From Entomortierella parvispora E1425 (taxonomy: Eukaryota; Fungi; Mortierellomycota), in NCBI GenBank assembly GCA_020891255.1, contig BQFW01000010.1, positions 62,001 to 126,000 on the forward strand: a stretch of DNA of 64,000 bases, in the 5' to 3' direction. Positions 12,923-25,344 of the stretch are shown one piece after another (within the stretch, counting starts at the first letter, position 1; every line of letters begins with the position of its first letter). Under the pieces are notes generated by a model. The model was not told where the DNA came from and made no database searches. It saw nothing but the letters and a program-made list of their open reading frames with translations. Position numbers and translations under genes: made by a program.

Positions 12923-14155
12923 AATAATTATCGCGTGCAGAACAGGCGCTACAAGCCTACAAGAATAAAGTCTGACGCAGTCATCTATGCATGGGTACGA
13001 GTGTGTGCGAGTGTGTGCGAGTGTGTAAGTGTGTGTTTGTGTGAGGGGGAAAAGAAGGGGAGTATTGACTCCCGAGGGTCCAAAGTTCAAGTACAGTAGT
13101 TTATTCAGGCACTCATGTCCAGTACACGCGAACTGAGGAGACAACGGCAGGTAGTTGTGGATTGAGAATCGCCATTTGTCCTCATCACCCTTTTTCGAGG
13201 AAATGGATTGCAGGGAACAGGAGAGGAAAAAAGGGGTGGAGGGATGCAGAAAAAAAAGGGAGGAGAACATGCCCAAACCCCTTGCTATTTTGTTCAACTT
13301 CGGCTGGATTGGACTTGGACTGAATGAAGATGATGTTGGTTGTGAAGGTACACAAAATAAAAAAAGGAGAAAAGAAAACACGACCCTGACGGCCTCTCTG
13401 CACGGACAATTGCATGTCATGTTCCATCCTTTCGCGGGCCAACAAAGAAGTGACAGGGGCTGAGACTGGGGGAGGAACTCTGATCTATTAAAGGAAAGAG
13501 AAAACAACAGCAGGCGGCAGAAGCGACGGTTCTTCAGAAAAAGATCATCTTTCAGGGTAGGGCGACTGCTTCAGCGATCCGGCCATTCAGGACATCCAAG
13601 GATGTCAGTCATCATCATCTACTCTTGGTTCAATCCGATAGCTCGGTTTCTCCTCTGCAAGCTCTGATCGTCTTGTTCTTACTCTTTTCTTTACTTTTCT
13701 TCAACTCCACTCTGGCTCCCCACCCCTCTCCTTCCATCCCTGTTGATCCCTGCCCCTCCCTGTCATCACAGCTTCATATCTCACGTTCAATTGATCGCGC
13801 TCTCCTCCTTTATTATTCCAGTCGTGTGAAAATACGATTCGCCTCCCTGTCGAACTTCTGCCGCCTATTTTTCTTTTTCTTCTCTTTTCGGTCTCTTTGC
13901 TTTCTCTTCACTGATCGTTGACCTTGACTTGAATTATCGACCCTTCCATCCTGTCGCTGCCCCGAAAATCTACCTACATCCCGATCCATTCCTTCACATA
14001 GCTCCACTTCCAAACCCTTCGATCTGACCAAACAACCGATCACCAACCTCCGTCTTATTATTGTCCTATCCTTCCGTACCGACAACAACAGTGCACCAAA
14101 CCCCCCCCCCCCACCCCTCCCTCCTTCCCCAACCGAGAACCTCGCCCAAATCATC

Positions 14156-14849
14156 ATGAGCAAGCTCAGAATCCTGGTCGAGCTTGCAGTGACAAGGACT
14201 GAAATCGGGTCTTTTCGTCAAGTCAAGACCAACACCAGGTCCAAGGACTACTGCCGCTGCATCTTTGAACAAGAGCTAGAGACCTTGGAGTGCATCGCAG
14301 CATGGATCTGTTTGGGAAAGGGGCCTGCCCTTCGACTGCCCTCTGGTACCGCCACAACTATGGTTTACAACCCTGCTAATAGACACCTTCGAATTATTAT
14401 CGATACATCTCTTGCCGAGGTAAGCCCCCCTCCCACTTCTCGTCCGTCTGCTCTTCCCCTTTTTCAATTGCACGCATTAGCGTGTGTCTTGAGAAAAATT
14501 GTTCACTCTCCTATTGGATTTCCGCGGCAGGAAGGGGGACCGCCAAGAGGGGAGAGGTGTGGGGAAATGGAAAGTTACCAAATTGGAGGAACAAATATTG
14601 CAACGGGAAACGGACGACATCATGGAAAGCATATACTCTTTGGACCGAGAACTGGACCACATCAATGAGCCTGACCATTTTAAACGTCGCGATTCCGATA
14701 TCGAGGCATTAAAAAAACGGACCACTTTCTCGATGCAAAGAAGATGTTCGAGATCATATATAAATTCGCCGTGTACCAAAAACAGACTGCAGGATCAATG
14801 GATCGCCAATGGAGCAACAGAGTGGGAATGGGAATACTATTTTTGTTGA
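14156..14849 (+). CDS. Hypothetical protein, 2 exons
   Basis: ATG 14156; strong donor GAG|gtaagc at 14420. Splicing to the AAG acceptor at 14534 continues into GDRQEGRGVGKWKVTKLEEQILQRETDDIMESIYSLDRELDH (stop 14849). No family recognised. Confidence 0.5.
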
Positions 14850-15144
14850 CACCCATGAACAATGATATGGGAATGAGGAGGAGACAGAGAAGGAAGAACG
14901 TGAGAGAGAGGAGCGAAGAAAATGAGGATTTAGAGAGGGGGAGAGAGTCGGGGTGGGGAAATGGCGGGGAATGGCGCGCTGGGTGGGGATCGGCTCATTT
15001 TTCTTCGTGATTGTTCCTCTTCGCATCTTTAGTATCCTCTTGGTGCAGATGAGGACCATCAGATCTTTGATGTCTGAAACACGGTCAACAAAGCTGACTG
15101 ACCTTTTTTTGTGAACAATTGTCTTCTGTCCTTTCCATTGATAG

Positions 15145-16759
15145 GGATTGTGCTGGCAATTGACCCCAGCAGACAGAACGCCATGCGACGATCCAACCGC
15201 AGGCGAACTCGCACGCTCTCACGCGATAGATCTTTATCTCTCCAGGCTCGTCGAGGAGTCCGATGTTCAGCATACAATTGGCATGATGTCCGCGGCCACC
15301 ATCCGATCCAGACTACCCTCCTCTCAATCCACAGAGTGCTCACCTTTCATGTCACCCTCCGGTTTATTATCTCCATCATTCTCGGAAGACACTCTCTGGA
15401 TGCCATCCGGGGAGTCCACTCCCCACAGACTCCACTCTTCTTTCCAAAGCTATCTGGATACGCCTGACAAATACTCATCGGATGTCAACGGAAGTTTAGA
15501 GTCTTCAGAGGATCCGGAGGCATCTAAGGGTCTGGGAATTGTTCACTCACCCAAACAAGGACCACTTATTTGTGGGGTCTCCGAACCACCATATTTCGGA
15601 ACTGGGGATCCTTATAGCCCTACGACTGCACCTCCGTCTTCACCACTGTCGACATCTTCACAATCATCGACTGGACACTGTGGGCAAAACTTGGACGAGA
15701 GCGTCCAAGCAGCAAGAGGAAGATCCCTTCGATCCTCACGACACGAATTCCAACCCTACTCCCCTGCCCAAGGCCATTTGTTGGCAAAGAATGATGAGCA
15801 TAGCCACAGACATCGCCTCTTGTTGGCTTTGCTGCAGGCCAAAACAAACGCGCCCCTTAGTTCCACCTCTGTTGACCTCCCACGCGCCTCGCCACAGGAT
15901 AGACAAATAGCCCTCGCCGCAAGTTCTTGTCCTTCCAGCCCCTCACGGCGCCAGCGATGCTCCTCTCACACGGGTCTTTCTTGGCTCCAATTGCCTCACA
16001 TGTCAGAAATCGCCATGCCTCTTTCTAATAATCGCGTCCGTCGACACAGCTGTGACGGCCGAGTAGAGCTCAGACCATTCCTGTCAAAGACAAAGACCAC
16101 AGCCCCTTTGGATCATCCTACTTCCTCCAAGTCAGGGATGGCCCAACATTCAAAGCGAACAAACTTGACCATCTCAACAGATGTAGCTCGACGAGGCTCA
16201 TTGTGGGACACCTCTATGAGCAGCATCAGCGCTGGCAGTATCGATCGCAGGCACAGTATATCGAGCACCATGAGTGACGTGAGCGACTCCAGCTTCTGCC
16301 TTCGTGATACGTCGTCTACAAGCCCCGGTAATAGTGCCCTCTCGGCCAGATCCAGTAACAAGGTTGCGCCTCGTAAAGGTGGCCCTCCTGTTCATGTAAG
16401 TGTTTACGAGACCAAAGAGACGGAGCGATCAACCCTGTCGACAAAAGGATGAGAGCTAACGGTGTCTCTTCTTCTCTTTCCTTTTACTTTTTAAGTACAC
16501 ACTCATGTGCTGGATCGGAGGCCGATGGCCCTGCAAGCTGCGCCCATTGATAAAAAGGAGCAAGTTTCAAGATATCCACGCGATGCTGCGACGTAATCTC
16601 CGCCTCCCTGCTTCCTTCTTTATTGACATTGAGTTTGATTGGGAAGGGGACACGTATGTAATCCTGGACGCGTCGCATTGGCAATGGGCACGCGAGCAGG
16701 TCCACTTTGGCGACATGACCGTCCGGTGCCACATCTGGCAGAAGAAGTACTCACCATAG
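15145..16759 (+). CDS. Ser-rich disordered protein with a C-terminal PB1/ubiquitin-like domain
   Basis: Long Ser/Pro-rich ORF (first ATG 15283, 5' end uncertain), intron about 16397-16495, last exon YTLMCWIGGRWPCKLRPLIKRSKFQDIHAMLRRNL...IEFDWEGDTYVILDASHW...MTVRCHI. Confidence 0.65.
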
Positions 16760-17385
16760 GTTGGGTAAAAACTCGGACAGTCTGCGTTCATTTATAGAAA
16801 ACACACTCACACACCCAAAAAAAAAAAAAAAAAAAAAAAAAAGACCCGACAAAAAAGGTGGCCATTGGCAGCGCGACAAGAAATGGCAAGAATAGAACAA
16901 AAGGACAGAGGTAATCAAGAAGGACGACGAAATGGTCAATGCAAAAAAAGATGCGACAAAAGCCGCGCCATCTGGATAATCTTATCCGGACCTCCGCTCC
17001 TTCTATGAAGGAGGGCACTCTTCTCCATTATACCTCCCTTCCTCCCAACCAACCAACTTTCTTCCACTTTTATGTAAGAAAAAAAAAGTACTTTGACTTT
17101 TCTAGTTTCTTAGTTTCTTTTCATCCCTTCACTTTGTCTACCTACCTTTCTTCACTATTTTATCCCATTCCTTTTCATGGCCAGAGTAGTTTAGGGCCAA
17201 CCTTTCTTAGTCTCTGTAGTTTTCTGCTCAATTCTGTTCCCCTCTTTTCTTATTCTTCACCAAACTATTAAACAGATGCAAAAAAAAAAAAAAAAATCGG
17301 AGAGAGGTACCTCAAGGACTCGACAATCATTTCTCAAATGATTTAGATGGCTGTCGTTTTGTGAAATGGATGATTATTATTGCCG

Positions 17386-18330
17386 TCATGGTGCATCGTC
17401 CTCTTCTATGTCTGTGAACTCTTCGTCCATGTCTTCCCACTCATTCAGACCATCGTCGCCATGCAAGATGCCATAGCAGCCATCCAAGTTGAGTGACGCC
17501 AGGAAGGCAGCGCCATTTCTCAATCCCTTGACTCCCCTGTCCGTGATCCTGGTACAATGGGATAGATCTAGACTCTTGAGCGGCCTCGTGAACCAAGGGT
17601 GACCCTCCACTTCGTCAACCAGCCGCCTAACTTCTTTCCGGTCCTCTAAAAACGACAACAACGCCGGGTCGGTGTCCAGATCTATGAGCGATCCAAGCTC
17701 CAAGATAGAAATGTCCGTGATCCGATCACAACCAGACAATTCCAGGTTCTCCAGCAAGGGTACATTGGCGCAAATGGAAAGGACAGCCAGATCTGAAATA
17801 CGGTTGCATCCGGAGAGCACCAGGGAGCGAAGTCTTCTTCGGGGTCCAAGAGTCTCTGCCAAGATTTGAATCGCATTGTCCCGCAAGAGGGCACAGTCTG
17901 AAAGGTTCAGTTGTTCGATCCATGGACATCCCTGGGCGATCATGTGGATGGTCTCATACTGAACAGACTCCCAACGGTGAGGCAACATCGACAGATCAAT
18001 GGATCTCACAAACGCTCCTGGTGGTATCCGTGGCGCAAGAGCAGAAGAGGGTGATGAAGAGTCGGCGGTGAGGTTTTGTAGCCTGGGGGAAGCATCGGGG
18101 CGTTGACTAGAACTGTGGTGTGTAAGGTAAATGTCCACCTCAGGGTTATCGACCGTCCGCACAAACAGCTCCAGGGCTGTCAGGCGAAGAAAGGACGGTT
18201 GCTGGTAGAGCCGGACCTGAGTAAGGCTGTGCCACAGCTTGTTTATCCGATTGCAACATGCGAGGGCGCGCTGGTCATGTTGAATGATGTCCACGATGGT
18301 GATGAGTAATTCTATCGGTAATGTCTCCAT
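17386..18330 (-). CDS. F-box/LRR-repeat protein (FBXL/AMN1-like)
   Basis: METLPIELLITIVD (F-box) plus cysteine-containing LRRs: LNLSDCALLRD, LVLSGCNRISD, LELSGCDRITD, LDLSHCTRITD. Confidence 0.88.
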   Translation of the reverse strand: METLPIELLITIVDIIQHDQRALACCNRINKLWHSLTQVRLYQQPSFLRLTALELFVRTVDNPEVDIYLTHHSSSQRPDASPRLQNLTADSSSPSSALAPRIPPGAFVRSIDLSMLPHRWESVQYETIHMIAQGCPWIEQLNLSDCALLRDNAIQILAETLGPRRRLRSLVLSGCNRISDLAVLSICANVPLLENLELSGCDRITDISILELGSLIDLDTDPALLSFLEDRKEVRRLVDEVEGHPWFTRPLKSLDLSHCTRITDRGVKGLRNGAAFLASLNLDGCYGILHGDDGLNEWEDMDEEFTDIEEDDAP

Positions 18331-18498
18331 GAGAGCGTGTCTTTTTGTGCGGTGGTTCGTGTCCATGCATGCAACCTCGCAGGTTACAAAAAGAATGAAA
18401 AAACGTGACTGTGGACCACTTTTTTTTTGTATTGACATCCAAGCGCCACCAATTTTTGGGAGAACAAAAAAAAACTGTTGTACATTTTTATTGCAAGT

Positions 18499-20060
18499 CT
18501 AGTCAAAAAAGCTGAACTCTGGTGGAACGGGCAGCGCCACAGGCATGTGTGCCGCAGGAGAGGATGTTGCAATCATGGCCGATGTGAGGGAGGCCATTCC
18601 TGCTCCTCCCAACGACAAGTAGGCTGATGGTATACTGGCGGAAGAATTTGACATTTGTGACAAAGAGATCGACCCTGGAGGCGTGACAGGTCTACCTGTA
18701 GAGGCCGGTGCAACAACTCCTGCGACAGTAACGGCATTCTGCTTATTTGGAAGTCTAGCTGCTCGCTCTCGTTCTAGCGCTGTTTGATGGTTGATATGAG
18801 GCGGGGCCCGTGCAGCTCTGCAAGCACCACAGTGCGTGACACACTTCCAGCACCTATCCTGGGGTGCGAGACAGATCCTGCATTTCTCTAGTTTCCAGAC
18901 AAGATTGCTGCATTCTGTAGTCGGTGGTAATGAGGACTGAGATGTGATTGCGTCCTGTTCATTTGCCATAGCTGAAGGTGGTGTGGTTGCCGGTACAGCC
19001 GTTGGTGTAGTTGCCGACGTGATCGAGGATGCCCAATGCAGTCCATGATGTACGGTTGCGCCTGGAGTTGTTGGTGCTTCAACTGACGCTCCTTCTAGGG
19101 GGCCAGGGCAGGGCTTAATGTCCAGTATGACCCCTGGACCATTCGCCTCTTGGCCAACCAGAGCGATTGCATCCAGAATTGCCTTGAAGCCCACAACGTC
19201 CTCGTTGGTCATGTACGGATGAAATATATCCCACCGACGAAGCTTTAGACTATGTTCGCCAATATCTCCATTCCGAAGCATATCTTTGAGAGTATGAGTA
19301 TCGGTATTAAGACTCGTCTGCCCTCTCCTGTACCGGGATGATAGAATTTCCAGGTGCGGGAATTTGATGAGCATGACTAGAGGCGAGGGAAAGTGTGGAG
19401 AGTCGGTCGAGTCCATGTAAATCTATTCCAAGGAAAGCGGAGTAATTAGCTTTTTGTTTTGGTCATTTTCTGATGTTACCATCATCATCCACCACCCAAA
19501 CCTACCTCTCGAACAAAGTCCACAAGGCGATTGTCTTTACGGAACCGTCGTAGCACAGCATAGATCTCAGAAATGAGGCTCCGGCTCCCGCCCCGTTCAC
19601 GATCCCGTTCATTCTCGGCATGCTTCAGGCGGTGGGAAGGCTTTGCTGCCTCGGAAGTTACGGCCTCTGTGTTGTTTTCAGACCGCTGCTTTGCCGCGAA
19701 CGCCGTAGGGACACTGGTAGTAGTAGATGCAGAGGGCGATACAGCGGATGTGGTCGACGATTGTTGCTGGAGTGTGATCAGCTCTGACAAAGGAATGAAC
19801 CGTACTTTTCGCCAGATCTCGGGCAGGTTGAGCAGCATATATCGGTGATAGCGACAGGTATCCAAAAACTCAAAGATGGTAAGGATATCGAGGTAGCTAA
19901 ATATCTCGAGCACCAGCTCCGAAGGTAGGACAGAGAAAATCGAGCTCTGTTCGATCCAAGGTAGATTTGGAGTTGCCTGTATTTGGAGGTCTGAAAAAGC
20001 GTCGGCAACAGCCTCTGCATCGGAGATTGCCGATGCAGTCAATGGTGTGTCCTGAGCCAT
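18499..20060 (-). CDS. F-box protein with Cys-rich C-terminal cluster
   Basis: Exons 20060-19506 and 19422-18499. F-box SVLPSELVLEIFSYLD; C-terminal CRICLAPQDRCWKCVTHCGAC. Confidence 0.8.
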
Positions 20061-20317
20061 CTCAATGTAAGTGCCTTCTGGTATCCCGTCCAATGCCTTT
20101 CTTTGTGCTGCTGTTGGTTGTCTGAGCGGGAGTGCTGGGTCAAGAATGGAAGGAAGGAAGGAAGGAAGGAAGGAAGAGAGGCATGAAGGACCAAAAGAGA
20201 AATAGGGGACCCACCCAATCATTTTTCATTTTTGGAGGGCCGCAGCTGGGTGCTGAATAATGTTCGAAAAATTTTGTTACATTTCCGAAGGGTGAATCTA
20301 ACATATTACTGTCAAAG

Positions 20318-20870
20318 CTACATCCAAGGAAACGCGTGCCGCATTGCTTGCTCTGTAGGCCATAGCTTGATGGATTCGCTTGGGTGGCTAAGATACTCTT
20401 CATCCGAGAGGTGGGGGAGCACGATATCTGAAAGAGTCTGCAGTTCCTCGATCAATTCTTGCTTTTGTGCAAAGTCGCGTCCTTCATCATCCAGACCCTT
20501 CCGGGCCAGCTTGCGGACCTTGCCCAACGTCTTGTGCAACGACTCGTGGGAATGGCTCCAATGTGAGATATCGGTCACAGCCGCAAACGACGGAAAGACA
20601 ACCTCTTCCTCTACGTCGTGATGTCGTTGAAGATGGTCACAAAACTGCAGGGTGTTCCTGCAGACTGTTTTCACCGCAGGCGGTTGTGTTGCACTGGGCA
20701 AAGTCTATGGAGAAGAAGAGCAAACAAATCAGCAATTGGGTTTCTACATGTTGCGATAGATATCGATGGGAGGAAACTAGACGTACGAGGAGACATTGTT
20801 TGAGTTGCTGGCGCAAACTGTTGTGAAAATACACTAGGGTGTCATAGTATTGCTGGTGGAAGGTGGGCAT
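20318..20870 (-). CDS. Hemerythrin/HHE cation-binding domain protein
   Basis: Exons 20870-20787 and 20704-20318. Di-iron ligand pattern YFHNSLR, HLQRHHDVEEEVVFP, HESLH, PHLSDEE. Confidence 0.9.
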
Positions 20871-21105
20871 GCTTGAAATGGTTTATTGAAGAAGGTGTTT
20901 GTAACAGAGGGAGTGGGACGAGACACAACTAACAGAGGGGAAATGATCCCCATTAGTCCTTGAGGAAAGAATGAGGGTGATGACCAATGGCCAATGGCTT
21001 GTCCAGCATCTCTGGGACATGAGCGCGACCCTGCTTGCTCAGCAAATCTTTTTTCGATCAAACTGCTTTGTTGTTATTTGCCTCTCACGCCTGCCAATTA
21101 TCTCT

Positions 21106-22173
21106 CTACAGCTGGTTCTTTTCCAGCTCCTTGCGCTGACGCTGGATCTCTTCAAAGATATACCCGTTAAAGTCCTCATACTTGGGCTCCCATCCAAGGA
21201 TCTCGTGTGCCTTCACCGCCTTCGACCGCGAATTTCCGCCTACAAGGAATCTGGCACCTGGGCGCCAGAACGCATCCTCCTCGTCCGCGGGCACAGAGTT
21301 GACGGCTCCTGAATCATTGATGCCCAGATGCGCAAAGACCTTTGCAATCTCTTCAGCAACTGATCCATAACTAAAGTCATCTCCCGACTGCACAAAGTAG
21401 TATGCATCCTCGTTCTTGGGCAACGGGACTCGGTTTGGATCGGTCACAGAGTCATTCTCGGGCTCTTGTAACGCACGTTCGAGCAGTAGGATATAAAAGT
21501 GGGCCAAGTCAATGACGTGCACTTTCGACCAGACGTTCTTGCCTTCGCCAATCTGGAACGCCCGTTGATGCTTGAGAGAGGTCGAGACCATAAGCGGGAT
21601 CTGGATCGAATTGTGGTTTCCAGGGCCGGTTCCAAATCCCCAGATGGTGGGGGGTGCAACAACATATGTGTCCACGACGCCCTTCAACTTTGGATCGACC
21701 AATACCAAATCAACATTACGATGGGGCTGACTTGGTGCAAGAGTGGAGAGTTGGGCGACATCGTTATCGTAGTAAATGTCTGAGGAAGCAAAACTTCCAC
21801 CGGCTCTGTCAAGAAGAACACCAGTACCGCTGGTGTGGATGAGGATGGGTCGTTGACGACCGTTTTCTGCTCTGGGTCGGTGGGAGAGGCCCTTGAGAAT
21901 GGCTTGAATCGATGGGAGATGGTCTGCATCGGCAAAAGACAAAACCACGTCCGCCTTGGCTGCCTCTTCTTCCAGAATCTCCAGGCTGTCGAGATCTCCA
22001 ATAATGGGTTCGATGCCCAAAGGTCGGATGTCTTTTTCTGCCTTTTCCTTGGATCGAACAAGAGCTCGGAACGAGAATCGATCAGCCGTTGTTTCCTTGT
22101 TGAGAAGGAGATCGAGTGTGGTCGATCCGATGTAGCCAGTGACTCCTAAGATAAAAACCTTGATAGGTGCCAT
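21106..22173 (-). CDS. NAD(P)-binding epimerase/dehydratase-family (atypical SDR) protein
   Basis: Intronless 355-aa ORF. Rossmann motif VFILGVTGYIGS, then LIHTSGTGVL, PPTIWG, WSKVHVIDLA and ILGWEP. Confidence 0.9.
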   Translation of the reverse strand: MAPIKVFILGVTGYIGSTTLDLLLNKETTADRFSFRALVRSKEKAEKDIRPLGIEPIIGDLDSLEILEEEAAKADVVLSFADADHLPSIQAILKGLSHRPRAENGRQRPILIHTSGTGVLLDRAGGSFASSDIYYDNDVAQLSTLAPSQPHRNVDLVLVDPKLKGVVDTYVVAPPTIWGFGTGPGNHNSIQIPLMVSTSLKHQRAFQIGEGKNVWSKVHVIDLAHFYILLLERALQEPENDSVTDPNRVPLPKNEDAYYFVQSGDDFSYGSVAEEIAKVFAHLGINDSGAVNSVPADEEDAFWRPGARFLVGGNSRSKAVKAHEILGWEPKYEDFNGYIFEEIQRQRKELEKNQL

Positions 22174-22561
22174 TCTATGTGTGTGCGTGAGTGTGTGTAC
22201 GTGTGTTGGATGAGAAGTGGATTGAAGAAGAAAAAAAGAGGAATTGAGACAATATCCTTTTAAACTGCCTGCGTGTCAAGTGATTACAAACCCAAAAATC
22301 GCGCCATTCGCGTCTCCACTTCTTGAACGCCCATGGTTGCAGCGGGCCGCTTAATAATTGTCGCTGCATCCATGTCGGATATCTTTTGCTGTTTCCCTAG
22401 AAAGCAGTCTTCCAAACGCTCATGCATGCTGAACTTGATTACCAACAAGCAAAAACAGCGCAGATACTATTGACGTGTCAAAGACACCTTGGTTGATAGG
22501 AAGAGACTGCATGTGTTTATTGCTGCTGTTTCTGTAACCTTCCAAAAGCTATAACATGCAT

Positions 22562-23813
22562 TCACTGGCGTTCCACATGTGAAGGTTCGGGTTTGTGAGG
22601 ACTATGAAACCTAGGGATGACACATGTAGTTGACAGCGCCATTAAGCCCTCAGTTAGGGCCTCATTTGCAGACGTTCCGTGAAATCCGTTGAGCGCCACT
22701 GTCTGATCCCTGACCGAGATTTCCTTCAAGAAGTGCAGGGTCGAGTCCAAGGATGTGTCAAAAACAATCGTCCCTTGTCTTGCGTCATTCATTCCCTGTA
22801 AAAGAGTGAAGTTCTCCATCGTGACAATCCCTAAAGGATGCCCTCCTTCTGCTGTCGAGACTGCCAATCGGATTTTGCCAAGCGTCAAGGACAATTGACT
22901 TGGATTCACAATGTCGAACTGAGCCTCGACCAATAAGTCATAACCCGCATTGCTCATTGAGCGGTCTTCTTCACTCTCATTTTGCTGGGCAGATGAATCC
23001 TGGGATAGGGGATTTCGATAATGAACATCTTGGATGGATGTGCAACTGATGTCGGGTATGTTGTTGAGTCCTCTTAGAGTCAGATCGGATATAAAGTCGA
23101 CGCCTTTGAGAGTGTGGACCCCAAAGATCCTGCCCAGGTCAAATACGATGTCGGCCGATCCCTTGATCGCAAATGTGTGCGATGGTTTAGTTGCCAAGGC
23201 CTTGATGAATTCACAAAAGTTTGAGTGAGCAGTAGGGAAAATGCTCATGGTGGACTGCGTGAGAGATGATGTGACGATACCTCCCTTGACAGAAGCAGGC
23301 GCAAAGGGCGACTCCAGTTTGCCAATGTCAACATTGTTGTCCTTTTTGTTAGGGAAAGTTTAGAAGAGCGTGAGCGTTGGAGCACGGATGTGGTTCTTGT
23401 TGATTTTGGTGGCACCGAAGAAGCAGGAGCACTGGCGATGGGGAGGAATGGAGACTTTTTGTGTTTCTTACCCGAATAATAACCTGTGGTGTGGTTTGGA
23501 AGCGGCGAGAAGGCGCAGGTCAAGATGGAAAATTGGCGGTTAGAGAGATGGTATAAAAAGATGGTGCTGTTTGCAACATGAGAGCTGAAAAGAGGGGGTA
23601 GAGGAAAAGAATGGTTTCTCGACTCACGCGCAGCTGAACTTGTTGAATGGGCCAGGAAAATCCGGGGATACTGGTGAGGCGGGCGATCATATGGTCGGAG
23701 GAGAGGGTTGAGAGCCAGTGGTCGGGCCCAGTAAAGTCGATAGCCATATCCTCCAGCTCAATGTTCTTGACTACGCTCAAGTCAAACTTTTTTCTGACCT
23801 TGTCAAGGACCAT
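22562..23813 (-). CDS. DUF3712-type (Sag1/LEA-2-like beta-sandwich) protein
   Basis: Exons 23813-23628, 23483-23472 (12-nt microexon VIIR), 23341-22562. PGFSWPIQQVQLRVIIRDNNVDIG, TLRGLNNI and NPSQLSLTLG motifs. Confidence 0.75.
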
Positions 23814-25344
23814 GTTGTGTGGTGTAGGTGAGAAAGAAGGATAAATCGAAGTGCGCAAGAGAGATGGATGTATGGGTATGGAGAAGGGAGGGGGCAAGGA
23901 GTTGAGTAAGAGGATCAAAATCCATGACGGAGCCATGACATGATTGCACCACAGTGCGCTCACCCCAGCAGATCAGAAGAGGGTACGATTGGCAGGAAAC
24001 AGCGACGGACAGCATCGAAATCGGATCCGCTCTCAATGCTGCGTGTTCCTGCATGCACCGACCTGCAACGGCTGTGTCTTGTTTTGTTTTGTTTGTTCAG
24101 ATAGCACGAACCATCCCTCTGAATCAGGAGATTGGGTACAAGGCCAAGGACGCCTTGAATCTGGTAATTGCAAAGAGGGTTCTTCCTTTCATTTCTTTGG
24201 AGTGATTTGAGGCAACGAGAGCCCTCCAGAGCTTGACTTTTGGACAAGGTCGACGCCACGCCGACCATCCATTGGGGGACTGCAGTCCAAGAGCGAGAGG
24301 TGACGCTGAAACAGACGGTAAAACCACCAAAAAGGCGCTTTTGGACCATCGGGGAAATGGCGCTTGCGGACGGCAGCGCGGGGATTGGAACCAGTGACGG
24401 AAGAATGATGAGTGGGTCATGACGATCGTCCGTAGCAAGGTGCCCGCCCGCACAGCCAAGGGCAGCCAGCCAGCCAGCCAGTCAGCCAGCCAACCAGGGA
24501 CGACCAAAGAGGCGTAAAATAATGAGCGTGGCACAGGAACAGCCACAACGGGACAGGAACACACTCAGCTCAGACACCCACACCACACCACACCGCACCA
24601 CAACCACACCACAACACACCACACTGCGTTCTGCACACTGCGCGCGTGCTGTCCGTGTGTCGGCCAGGCACGGCCAGACAGAAGGGCAGACAGACTGCAC
24701 ACTGCAGTTGCAATTGCACACAACAACACGCCCATCACACACACGGCGTGGATGACCCTCCTTTCATCCTTTCCTTCCTTTCCGTGTCCCCCTTCCCCGG
24801 CCTGTCAGACCATCCATCCATCCACGCATCCTTTGGGGTCTCTCTGACCCGTCTGTCTCATCTTCCTCTTTCTTCCCTTTGTTTTCCCTTTTCTTTTCTT
24901 TTCTTTTATTCTCTCATCCATCCTTCCATCTTCCGCTCTTCTCTTCTTCGCTCTCTTCATCTCTTCCCTCCTCTTTCTCTCCTTCCGACTCTTGCTCTCT
25001 CTCGCTCTTCCCCTCTCTTAATCTAATTCTATCGTCCTCTCTTCCTTCCTTCTTTCCTTCTCCTCTTATTCCATTCTCTTTGTCCCTCCATCACTTCCAT
25101 CGCAAGGTAAAATCCTTCCCCCTCATCAACCATCATCATCTTGCTCCTCCTCCTCTTCTCCATTGAGCTCCGTGGTAGCAACACGCACACTCATACGTCT
25201 CTCCAAACCATCACACGCCCCAATCAAGCTTCAAATCACATCCATTTCATCCCCACCGTCCATCTGGCCCCATCCATCTAACCTTTTCTTTTGCTCGTGT
25301 CATCGTCGTCTTCAGCACGCACTCACTTACACAGCCCGTCAATC

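Noticed and set aside
20134-20330. Splice fusion of hemerythrin to the downstream F-box gene
   Set aside because: A polypyrimidine tract plus CAG exists at about 20134, but the only nearby donor before the hemerythrin stop gives an out-of-frame product.
23940-25340. ORFs in the CA/CT-rich region upstream of SKT5
   Set aside because: Low-complexity translations of microsatellite-rich promoter/UTR DNA with no recognisable motifs.
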